The notes under the pieces were generated by a model, which was given only the letters and a program-made list of their open reading frames with translations, searched no databases and was not told where the DNA came from. A stretch of DNA of 64,000 nt, from positions 13,615 through 77,614 of the forward strand of contig CAZJFX010000007.1 of NCBI GenBank assembly GCA_964545395.1, given 5' to 3'. Origin of the DNA: an uncultured Gemmatimonadaceae bacterium (GTDB taxonomy: Bacteria > Gemmatimonadota > Gemmatimonadetes > Longimicrobiales > Gaopeijiaceae). The position numbers were made by a program, and so were the translations under genes. Shown piece after piece: positions 30,648 to 38,189 of the stretch (position 1 is its first letter; each line of letters begins with the position of its first letter).

Positions 30648-30700
30648 ATCAAGAATGATTCTCGATCTCAAAACCTAGACCTTCTCCCCACGCAAATCAA
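30648..30700 (-). promoter_or_regulatory. Putative suf promoter with overlapping 19-bp palindromic operator (Fur-family-box-like)
   Basis: The minus strand reads TTGATT (30700-30695), a 17-nt spacer, then TAGGTT (30677-30672). The palindrome ATCGAGAAT-C-ATTCTTGAT (30666-30648) begins 5 nt after the -10. The region is locally AT-rich. Confidence 0.45.
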
Positions 30701-31627
30701 GTGGAACCAAGGCCAGAAACGAAGCCGGCAGAGGGCCTCCAGCCCCACCGACACGAAGGGTCGTCAGATACCCCGGCGACCGACCTCGGGTCCCTTGGCG
30801 ACCGCGCCTGGCTGGTGCTTGGAGGAGGGGCCCTGAAGGGGCTGGCGCACATCGGTGTCTGGAGGGCGCTGGGCGAGGCCGGCGTGCAGGTTGCGGGGAT
30901 CGTGGGCACGAGCATAGGGGCCCTGGTGGGGGCCATGGCAGCCTCAGGCGCCCACTGGAAGGACATGCGCGCCCTGGCCCGGAGGCTGCGGCGCACCGAC
31001 ATCGCCCAAGTGAACCGCCGCGCCGTCCTCGTCAACGGGATCCGTCAGACCAGCGTCCTACGGGGGGATACGCTCCGGGACTACTACCAGGGAATCCTCC
31101 CCACCTCGGGGTGGGAGGCCATGAGGGTCCCTCTTCTGGTGAACGCCGTGGACCTGGCGACGGGGAAGACGGAGTGGTTCGGGCAAGGAGCTCGCACCGA
31201 CGTACCCCTGGTGGACGCCCTCTACGCCTCATCCGCGCTCCCGGTCCTCTACCCTCCCGCCGAGATCGGCGGTCGGGTCTTCGTGGACGGGGGAATCCAG
31301 CAACCCATGGGGCTCCGCCGGGCGGCCGAGGAGGGCGCTACCGGGATCCTGGGAATCGATGTGGGCGCCGGGGAGGACGCGGACGTGGGGCTGATCCTGC
31401 AGCAGGGGATCCCGGCGGTGCACCAGCGCATCCTCTCCATCGTGACGCACCGTCTCCGGCGGGAACTCGTGGACGGGTGGGAGGGTCCGCCGCTTCTGTA
31501 CGTGCGGCCCCGCCTCGACGGCTATGGCAGCTTCGACTTCCAGCACATCGAGTGCTTCGTGGAGGAGGGGTACTGGGCCATGTCGCTGGCTCTGGGCCCC
31601 GGGAACGGGCTGCTTCCCCATCCGTAG
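30701..31627 (+). CDS. Patatin-like phospholipase
   Basis: VLGGGALKGLAHIGVWRAL is the oxyanion GGxxK/R motif. GTSIGALVG is the GxSxG motif, and VDGG is the catalytic Asp motif. The GTG start at 30701 is not verified. Confidence 0.8.
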   Translation: MEPRPETKPAEGLQPHRHEGSSDTPATDLGSLGDRAWLVLGGGALKGLAHIGVWRALGEAGVQVAGIVGTSIGALVGAMAASGAHWKDMRALARRLRRTDIAQVNRRAVLVNGIRQTSVLRGDTLRDYYQGILPTSGWEAMRVPLLVNAVDLATGKTEWFGQGARTDVPLVDALYASSALPVLYPPAEIGGRVFVDGGIQQPMGLRRAAEEGATGILGIDVGAGEDADVGLILQQGIPAVHQRILSIVTHRLRRELVDGWEGPPLLYVRPRLDGYGSFDFQHIECFVEEGYWAMSLALGPGNGLLPHP

Positions 31628-31673
31628 GCGAGGGCAGGGAAGGCGATGCGGTGCGCGGCTGGGCAAAGAAAGG

Positions 31674-31703
31674 GGCCCCGCCCGGCAGAGGCCGGGCGGG
31701 GCC
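31674..31703 (-). terminator. Intrinsic terminator (perfect 13-bp stem, 4-nt loop) between convergent genes
   Basis: GGCCCCGCCCGGC-agag-GCCGGGCGGGGCC. On the minus strand it is followed by CCTTTCTTTG. Confidence 0.6.
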
Positions 31704-31761
31704 AGGGCGCTCGCCAGGAGGGGTAGAGCGGGGGCGAGGCCCGTCGGCTTTCGGGTTCGGC

Positions 31762-32373
31762 TTACTGCGGGGGGATGGAGTCCGGGGAAGCTCTGAGCCA
31801 CCAGCCTGCCCCTGGACCGCGGCGAATGATTGCCCCACCACCCCTGGGGCCCACGACCCCCGGGCCCCACTGCTGGCGCCCGGGCCCGGCCCACGCGCCA
31901 GGACCGAAGCCGGGACCACCCCACGCGGCGCTCCGCCGACCCATCCGGAACGCCCAGCCCTGCCCGACCCAGTCCTGCAGCTCCTCCTTTTGGGCGTCGT
32001 TGAGGATGCTTTCGACTTGTGTCCGCTGCGCCTCCTGCATGGCCAAGGCGACCTGGCGCCGGGCCTGGACCTGCTCGAGAAGGGTGGCGGGACTCTCCTG
32101 TCCCGACCGCACCTTGGACCGGAGCTCGGCCATCTGGCCCTGGTGCTCCGTTCTGCGCCGCACCGCTTCCTGGCGGATCTGGTCGAGCTGCGTCACCTGG
32201 TCGTCGGTGAGCTCGAGACCCTTCCTCTGGCTGAGGATCAATTCGACCCCACCTCCCCGGAGTGGAGGCCCCAAAACCCGCGCGCCGCGCGGGCCAACCT
32301 GTGCGTCCACGTCCGCCGGGGCGAGGGCCACCATCGCAGCGAACAGGACCGCGCCACCCATCGACCGCTTCAT
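31762..32373 (-). CDS. Periplasmic Spy/CpxP-like (LTxxQ motif) protein with Gly/Pro/Trp-rich tail
   Basis: MKRSMGGAVLFAAMVALAPADVDA is the signal peptide. The LTxxQ motif is LELTDDQVTQLDQIRQE. The RBS AAGGAG precedes the ATG at 32371-32373. Confidence 0.55.
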   Translation of the reverse strand: MKRSMGGAVLFAAMVALAPADVDAQVGPRGARVLGPPLRGGGVELILSQRKGLELTDDQVTQLDQIRQEAVRRRTEHQGQMAELRSKVRSGQESPATLLEQVQARRQVALAMQEAQRTQVESILNDAQKEELQDWVGQGWAFRMGRRSAAWGGPGFGPGAWAGPGRQQWGPGVVGPRGGGAIIRRGPGAGWWLRASPDSIPPQ

Positions 32374-32513
32374 CGTCGTGCTCCTTGTTTCGTGTCCACC
32401 GTTCTCCGCCGGGAGGTCCATCCACCCGGCCCTGAGGAATGGATGCGGCTCCCATGCGGAGTGTTAAACGCCTCGCACGTCCGGGGGGGGGGTGATACTC
32501 GGCCGACTCCCGG

Positions 32514-33107
32514 TCAAGAAGCTACCAGCGCCGCGCGCATGATCCGGGACCACTCGGCCAGGCTCACCTTCAGGTAGCGCGCCTCCTCGGCAGCCCGACG
32601 GGAGATGGGCCCCTCGGCGGTGGGCTCTACGAGTACGTGGGCGAAGGTGGGTCCCGGTGCGCCCAGGAGGTCCGGGACCGCCCTTTGCCAGGCAGCAGGG
32701 TCGTCGAAGCCGAAGACCCGGGGGAATCCGGCGCCCCGGGCCAGGGCGCCGAAGTCCACCCTTCCTCGCCCGGGGATCGGCTGGTGGCCGGTGATCTCGT
32801 ACGAACCGTTCTCCACGACCACCAGGAGGTAGTTGGTGACCCCGCATCCCACGATGGTGGCCAGCGTGCCCAGGGTCATGAGCATGCTCCCGTCGCCGTT
32901 GAGGCACACGACGCGGCGGTCGGGGCGCGCCAGGGCAATGCCGAGGGCCAGGTCCGCGGTGTGGCCCATGGCCGAGTCTGCGGAGGCGAAGTCCAGGTCG
33001 TGGCTGGAGAGCCGGCCCCAGGGGCGGGTGACGCTCATGGTGGTGACCACGACCTCGTCGGTGCGGTGGGCCGCCAGGGGCTCGAGGAGCTGGGCGCGGG
33101 TGAGCAT
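32514..33107 (-). CDS. ThDP-dependent 2-oxoacid decarboxylase beta subunit (sulfopyruvate/phosphonopyruvate decarboxylase ComE-like)
   Basis: The 197-aa protein has the ThDP-binding motif CLNGDGSMLMTLGTLATI...VVVENGSY. It covers only the C-terminal PP domain. Confidence 0.65.
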   Translation of the reverse strand: MLTRAQLLEPLAAHRTDEVVVTTMSVTRPWGRLSSHDLDFASADSAMGHTADLALGIALARPDRRVVCLNGDGSMLMTLGTLATIVGCGVTNYLLVVVENGSYEITGHQPIPGRGRVDFGALARGAGFPRVFGFDDPAAWQRAVPDLLGAPGPTFAHVLVEPTAEGPISRRAAEEARYLKVSLAEWSRIMRAALVAS

Positions 33108-33109
33108 GG

Positions 33110-33664
33110 TCAGGCGAGCTCCGCGGTGAGGAGGAGGGCACGGGGGTGGTCTCCCGAGCGGGCCTGGAGAACCAGGCGGGCCACGGCCGCTCCGGGGTCG
33201 TCACCGCGCCTGCACGTTTCGTAGGGGATGCCCCACGCCCTCAGCGTGGGCTCGGTCATGAATGCCACCGAGTCCAGGTCGGCGCGGGTGAGTAGCTCGG
33301 GGGTCCGCGGCGTCTCCGGGCCCAGCCCGGCGGCCTCCATCTTGGCGTACCCGCGCCCGGTGACCACGAAGGGCACGGGCGCGCCCATGCGGACAGCGGT
33401 CCCCCGCAGCGCATCCCCGGACTCGAGGAAGCCGGTGTTCTGGACCACGACAAGGGGTGCGGCGCCGCCCAGCCAGAGCCCTGAGGCGATGGCGAAGGCC
33501 TCGCCCTCGCGGGTCACCTCCACCAGGAGGATCCCAGGGTGTTCCTGGAGCGAGTCGAAGAGGGGCGCCGAGGTGTTGTCGGGAACGCCGATCACGTGGG
33601 TGACGCCGGCGTCTTCCAGGGCCTGGAGGACGGCGAGGATGGCCGGGGACGGGGGCCTTTTCAT
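33110..33664 (-). CDS. ThDP-dependent 2-oxoacid decarboxylase alpha subunit (ComD-like, N-terminal PYR domain)
   Basis: The 184-aa protein reads VTHVIGVPDNTSAPLFDSL...VEVTREGEAFAIASGLWLGG...VVVQNTGFLESGDAL. Its stop lies 2 nt from the beta subunit start. Confidence 0.65.
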   Translation of the reverse strand: MKRPPSPAILAVLQALEDAGVTHVIGVPDNTSAPLFDSLQEHPGILLVEVTREGEAFAIASGLWLGGAAPLVVVQNTGFLESGDALRGTAVRMGAPVPFVVTGRGYAKMEAAGLGPETPRTPELLTRADLDSVAFMTEPTLRAWGIPYETCRRGDDPGAAVARLVLQARSGDHPRALLLTAELA

Positions 33665-33703
33665 GGTCTCGTGGACGGAAGAATGGGTGGATGGGAAGAG
33701 CGG

Positions 33704-34291
33704 CTAGGCTTCGATGATGAGGGCCACGACGCGCCCGGGGCCGTGCACGCCCCGGAGCAGGACCTGGCCGATGTCGGCGGACTTGCTGGGCCCCGAGTGC
33801 AGACCCAACGCCGCGGGGAGAGAGGAGCGCAAGGAGCTCAGGGCTCCCACCAGGGTGGGGTGGATCGAGGAGGCGTGCACGACGACGAGGTGCGTGGGGG
33901 GGAGGAGTTGGGTGCGCCGCCCGTCGGCGGAATGCAGGAGGAGCGACCCGGTCTCGGCGACGGCGCCCAGCGCCATGGAGACCCCCAGCTCCGCGGTCTC
34001 CGGTGGGGCGGAGGGTCGCGAGGCGGGAGCCAGGGACGGCGGCACGGTGGCGCCCACCGCCACGGATCCGAAGCCGGCGGCGAAAGCTCGCGCCCACGCG
34101 GTTGCGGCCGCTTCGTCGGCGACGCGCACCACCTCTCCGCCGGCGTCGAGGAAGAGGGTGGAGAACCCCTCCAAAGGGTCGGCGGGAGGCGGCTCTGGGC
34201 GGGTCCCCCGGAAGGGGCCGGGGTGCGGCACGCGTGTGCGCTCTTCGAGGGCCGTGCGGACGCGGGCGAGGACGCGCTCCCGGGCGCTCAC
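33704..34291 (-). CDS. lutC: Lactate utilization protein C (LUD domain)
   Basis: It starts VSARERVLARVRTAL at a GTG that overlaps the lutB stop as GTGA. The C-terminal part reads GVAETGSLLL...HLVVVHASSIHPTL...GPSKSADIGQVLLRGVHGPGRV. Confidence 0.8.
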   Translation of the reverse strand: MSARERVLARVRTALEERTRVPHPGPFRGTRPEPPPADPLEGFSTLFLDAGGEVVRVADEAAATAWARAFAAGFGSVAVGATVPPSLAPASRPSAPPETAELGVSMALGAVAETGSLLLHSADGRRTQLLPPTHLVVVHASSIHPTLVGALSSLRSSLPAALGLHSGPSKSADIGQVLLRGVHGPGRVVALIIEA

Positions 34292-35682
34292 CGGATCCCC
34301 TCCTCCCAGAGGGAGCGGAAGGACCTGGGGCTGAGCCGGGGAGGCGTCCGCTGTCCTGCCCAGCCGCCCAGCACCGGGAGGGCGCGACCACCGGCCTCCC
34401 AAGGCACCCAGCGCAGGAGTGCGCCGGCGGAGGCGAACGCGCCTGCGTGCTCCGCCGCCGTGGCGTACGCCCTCATGCCCAAGCGCTCGGCGACGGGTAC
34501 GAGCCCCGCCTCCACGGCCCGCTCCCGCCAGTAGAGGATGAGCTCGGGGATGGGGATGCGGACCGGGCAGACGTCGGCGCACGCGCCACACAGGGTCGAG
34601 GCGAAGGGGAGGGGCATGGCCTCCTTCAGCCCCAGGAGCCCCGGAGCGAGGATGGCGCCGATGGGTCCCGAGTAGGTGAAGCCGTAGGAGTGACCTCCGG
34701 TCTGGCGGTACACGGGACAGATGTTCGCGCACGCGCCGCAGCGCACGCAGCGCAGCGTCTCCCACGCCACGTCGTCGGAGAGGAGGCGGGTGCGCCCGTT
34801 GTCCACGAACACGACGTGGAGCGCCTCGGGTCCGTCGGGGTCACCCTGCCGGCGCGGGCCGTGGATGAGGGACACGTAATTCCCGATCACCTGACCGGTG
34901 GCGCTCCGCGACGTGAGCTGGAGGAACCCGGACAGGTCCTCCAGGCGGGGCACCACCTTCTCGATCCCCACCAGGGCCACGTGGACCCGTGGCGCCGAGG
35001 TACTCAGGCGGATGTTCCCCTCGTTCTCGATCAGGGCGAGGGTGCCGGTATCCGCCGCCAGGAAGTTGGCGCCGGAGATCCCCAGGTCGGCGGAGAGGAA
35101 GTCGGCGCGGAGCGCCGCTCGGGCGGCGGCGGCCAGGGCTTCCGGGGAGGCGTCGGGGGAGGTCCCGAAGCGCTCGGTGAAGAGGCGCCGACAATCCTCC
35201 AGCCCAATGTGGATGGCGGGTGCGATGATATGGCTCGGGGGTTGGCCGAGGAGCTGGATGATGTACTCGCCGAGGTCGGTCTCCCGGACCTGGGCACCCC
35301 TTCCCTCCAGGTACCGGTTCACCTCCAGCTCCTCGGTGAGCATGCTCTTCGCCTTCACGATCCGCCGCACGCCGTGGCGGGTGAGGAGGCGTCCGAGGAT
35401 GTCGTGAACCTCTGCGGCATTCTCCGCCCAGTGGACCCGGACGCCGTTGGCCTGGAGGCGGGCCTCGGCCTCCTCCAGGTAGCGCCCCAGGTGGGTGAGG
35501 GCGTGGCGCTTCACGTCCCTTGCCCAGTCGCGCCATGTGTCGGCGTCGATCTCCCGCCAGGCGGTTGCCCGGTTCCCGTCGAAGTTGCGTGTGGCGGCGG
35601 TGACCGAGGCGCGCATGTCCTGGCGCTCCAGGACTGCCCTGGCCGATGCCGCCTTGTATCCGCGGGGGTGGTGGGCGCTCAA
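34288..35682 (-). CDS. lutB: Lactate utilization protein B (4Fe-4S, LUD domain)
   Basis: KSMLTEELEVNRYLE...TDLGEYIIQLLGQPPSHIIAPAIH...CVRCGACANICPVY...CGACADVCPV. The start is taken as a TTG at 35680-35682 overlapping the lutA stop. The first ATG (35616) would remove about 22 conserved-looking residues. Confidence 0.8.
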   Translation of the reverse strand: MSAHHPRGYKAASARAVLERQDMRASVTAATRNFDGNRATAWREIDADTWRDWARDVKRHALTHLGRYLEEAEARLQANGVRVHWAENAAEVHDILGRLLTRHGVRRIVKAKSMLTEELEVNRYLEGRGAQVRETDLGEYIIQLLGQPPSHIIAPAIHIGLEDCRRLFTERFGTSPDASPEALAAAARAALRADFLSADLGISGANFLAADTGTLALIENEGNIRLSTSAPRVHVALVGIEKVVPRLEDLSGFLQLTSRSATGQVIGNYVSLIHGPRRQGDPDGPEALHVVFVDNGRTRLLSDDVAWETLRCVRCGACANICPVYRQTGGHSYGFTYSGPIGAILAPGLLGLKEAMPLPFASTLCGACADVCPVRIPIPELILYWRERAVEAGLVPVAERLGMRAYATAAEHAGAFASAGALLRWVPWEAGGRALPVLGGWAGQRTPPRLSPRSFRSLWEEGIR

Positions 35683-36383
35683 GACGCCGCCTCCCAGAGC
35701 ACCGAGGCCAGGTGGCGGAAGGGGATGGCGAGCCCCCTGCGCCCGGCACGCCCGGACATCTGCATGAGGCACCCCCCGTCGGCGGAGGTAACCATGTCCA
35801 CCGGCGGCAGCGTGTCTAGCTTGCGGTCCGCCATCCCTGCCGACACCACCGGGAACTTCACGCTGAAGAGGCCGCCGAATCCGCAGCACTCCTCGGAGGC
35901 CTCCCACGAGGCCAACCGGGCTCCAGCGTTGGCGAGGAGGGTGAGGGGCTCGTCGTGGACACGGAGCTCGTGGAGCGCATGGCACCCGTGGTGATAGGCG
36001 ACCACCCGCCCCTCCAGTCCCCTTCCCAGCTCGGTGACGCCGAGCACGCGCACCATGAACTCGGAGAGCTCCCACGTCCGCGCCGCCAGATCGGTGGCCT
36101 CCGGCTCTTCCAGCAACTGTGGGAAGTGGGTGCGCAACATCCCAGCGCACGAGCCCGAGGGGAGCACCACGTGGTCAGCGTAGCGGAAGGTGCGGAGGGT
36201 GTGGCGCGCCATGCGCCGAGCCTCGGCCACGTGCCCCGCGTTGAGGGCGGGCTGACCGCAGCAGGTCTGCGCCGCCGGGAAGTGCACCTCGACGCCCAAG
36301 CGGCGCAGGAGTCTCACCGCGTCGGCGCACGCATCCGCGTAGAGCCGGTCGGCAAGACAGGTGGCGAAGAGGGCGACGCGCAT
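35679..36383 (-). CDS. lutA: Lactate utilization protein A (CCG-domain Fe-S oxidoreductase)
   Basis: MRVALFATCLADRLYADACADAVRLLRRLGVEVHFPAAQTCCGQPALNAGH... and a second CCG motif, EECCGFGG. Confidence 0.88.
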   Translation of the reverse strand: MRVALFATCLADRLYADACADAVRLLRRLGVEVHFPAAQTCCGQPALNAGHVAEARRMARHTLRTFRYADHVVLPSGSCAGMLRTHFPQLLEEPEATDLAARTWELSEFMVRVLGVTELGRGLEGRVVAYHHGCHALHELRVHDEPLTLLANAGARLASWEASEECCGFGGLFSVKFPVVSAGMADRKLDTLPPVDMVTSADGGCLMQMSGRAGRRGLAIPFRHLASVLWEAAS

Positions 36384-36385
36384 GG

Positions 36386-38017
36386 TCAGGACGGCTCCAC
36401 GGCGGAGGCGGTGGGAGGCAGCGGATAATCGGGAGTGAGCACCTCGAACACGATCTCGCGCTGGGTGCGGAGCACAGGCCTGAAGAGTTCCTGTTCCTCG
36501 AGAAAACGGGTCAGCTTGGGGTTTCTGGCCGGCTCAACCACGACCCAGCGGGCGCCGAAGTGGTGCCGGACGGCAGGCCACGTGGCGGTGGCCTCGCCCT
36601 CGTAGCAAGGGAAGGCGTCGCACGTGTACTCGGTGGTGGCGTCCGCCGACAGGAAGAAATACTCCCAATACAACCCGGGATCGTGAGCGTACTGGAAGAT
36701 GGGGTCCATTCCCCCCAGGTACCGGTTGAACCGGTTGCGGGCGAAGAGGGGCCCGAAGTTGTCCCAGTGCGCGTGGAAGACCACGTCGCCGGGCTCGCTG
36801 TTGGCGGCGAGCCAGCCCGCGACCTCGGCCATGCGGTCGGGCGCCTGGGCGACGAGGCGTGCGTTGAGCTGGTGCCGGTGGACGCCCCAGGCGAGGTGTA
36901 CGACGAGCAGGAGGCCCAGGGTCGGAGCTACCCGCCGGCGCGCGCCCGCGGGCACCAGATGGGTCCAGGCCAGGGGCAGAAGGAGGAACCCGAAGGCCGT
37001 GAACTCCACCAGGGCTCGACGCGCAGAGGCCAGGGTGAGGGCGAGAAAGACCGCGGCGATGAGCGCGGCCGCCACCGTCATGCGCCGCTCAGCCCTCGGA
37101 AACGCGCCCGCGTCGCGCCACCCCCATGCCGCAACCAGGGCCGACGCCCACACCACCAGGAACGACCAGGAAGAGCGCACCAGCTCGAGCACGGGAAGTG
37201 GCTGGAGTTCGGTGGCGAAGAGGAGGGGACGATCGGATCCCTTGACCGCGAAGAGCTGCACGATCTGGATCCAGGCGAGCTCCGCGGTGGCAAGGGGGTG
37301 AGGGCGGAGGACAGCGCCGACCAACGTGCCCACCAGGACCGCGCCCACCGACTGGAGGAAAGGCACACCCTGGTCGGCGGGCTCCTTCGTTCCGCCCCCG
37401 GTGGACGATGCCGGCACCAGGGCTCGGGAGAGCGCGTAGGCCGCGACGATGCCGGGGGCCATCCAGAAGAGGCTCACGTGGAGCCAGGTGATGGCGGTCG
37501 AGATGAGGACGAGATGCCACCGGCGCCCACGCACCAGGAAGGAGAGCAGCAGAAGGGCCAGCGCCAGGGAGAGAACGTGGGGCCGCACCATGAGGTAGCG
37601 GTAGAGCACGTTGGGAGAAGCTGCCAGGAAGAGGGCCGTCCACCATCCCGCGCCCTGGACGGCGTGGCGGCGGAGCACCCACCAGACCGCCGCCGCCAGG
37701 AGCGATGTGGACACGAACGCGGCAGCACGGATCCCGTCCACCACGCCGGGTAGGCTCGCGAACGGCAGGAGCACCATGTGGTAGCCCCACCAAAGGTCGG
37801 AACCCAGGTCGCCGATGACGGAGGCGGTGGCCCAAGGGAACGCCGTGTCGAAGACGCCGGCGCCGGCGTAGTGGGCGGCGTGGCCCATGTGGTAGAACGA
37901 GTCGGCGTCGGCGACGAACGGGGCGAGCGAGCCGTGGGCCAACACCAGCACGGCCAGCACGGCGGCTGCCTGGAGCCTTACGAGACCGGTCGACTTCCCA
38001 GCCACCGATCCCACCAC
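36386..38017 (-). CDS. Polytopic membrane protein, GT39/ArnT-like glycosyltransferase fold (putative)
   Basis: It has more than 10 predicted TM helices plus a soluble C-terminal domain. The N-terminal loop is DADSFYHMGHAAHYAG. The start is uncertain, with several GTG/TTG codons near 38017-38035. The stop lies 2 nt before the lutA start. Confidence 0.45.
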   Translation of the reverse strand: MVGSVAGKSTGLVRLQAAAVLAVLVLAHGSLAPFVADADSFYHMGHAAHYAGAGVFDTAFPWATASVIGDLGSDLWWGYHMVLLPFASLPGVVDGIRAAAFVSTSLLAAAVWWVLRRHAVQGAGWWTALFLAASPNVLYRYLMVRPHVLSLALALLLLSFLVRGRRWHLVLISTAITWLHVSLFWMAPGIVAAYALSRALVPASSTGGGTKEPADQGVPFLQSVGAVLVGTLVGAVLRPHPLATAELAWIQIVQLFAVKGSDRPLLFATELQPLPVLELVRSSWSFLVVWASALVAAWGWRDAGAFPRAERRMTVAAALIAAVFLALTLASARRALVEFTAFGFLLLPLAWTHLVPAGARRRVAPTLGLLLVVHLAWGVHRHQLNARLVAQAPDRMAEVAGWLAANSEPGDVVFHAHWDNFGPLFARNRFNRYLGGMDPIFQYAHDPGLYWEYFFLSADATTEYTCDAFPCYEGEATATWPAVRHHFGARWVVVEPARNPKLTRFLEEQELFRPVLRTQREIVFEVLTPDYPLPPTASAVEPS

Positions 38018-38189
38018 TGCAGCGATACCCGGCAACGATGGAGCTTGCAGACCGCCAGGGCGGCGACGACGAGGGTTCTCATGGCCGCAATGTGCCGGCC
38101 ACGCGCGTGCCCGGGCAAGGAACCGGAGACAAGGGGACAGCGGCCACAAGCCGCCGGCCCCGGCCCCATCCCGCCAGCGCCGGCCGGGA

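Noticed and set aside
37978-38169. 63-aa ORF beginning MRTLVVAALAVC, which could be a signal-peptide-like alternative N-terminus of the GT39-like membrane protein via a frameshift.
   Set aside because: It is in a different frame with no supporting homology. The main frame has its own plausible GTG/TTG starts followed by a TM helix. It is noted only as a possible sequencing-error check.
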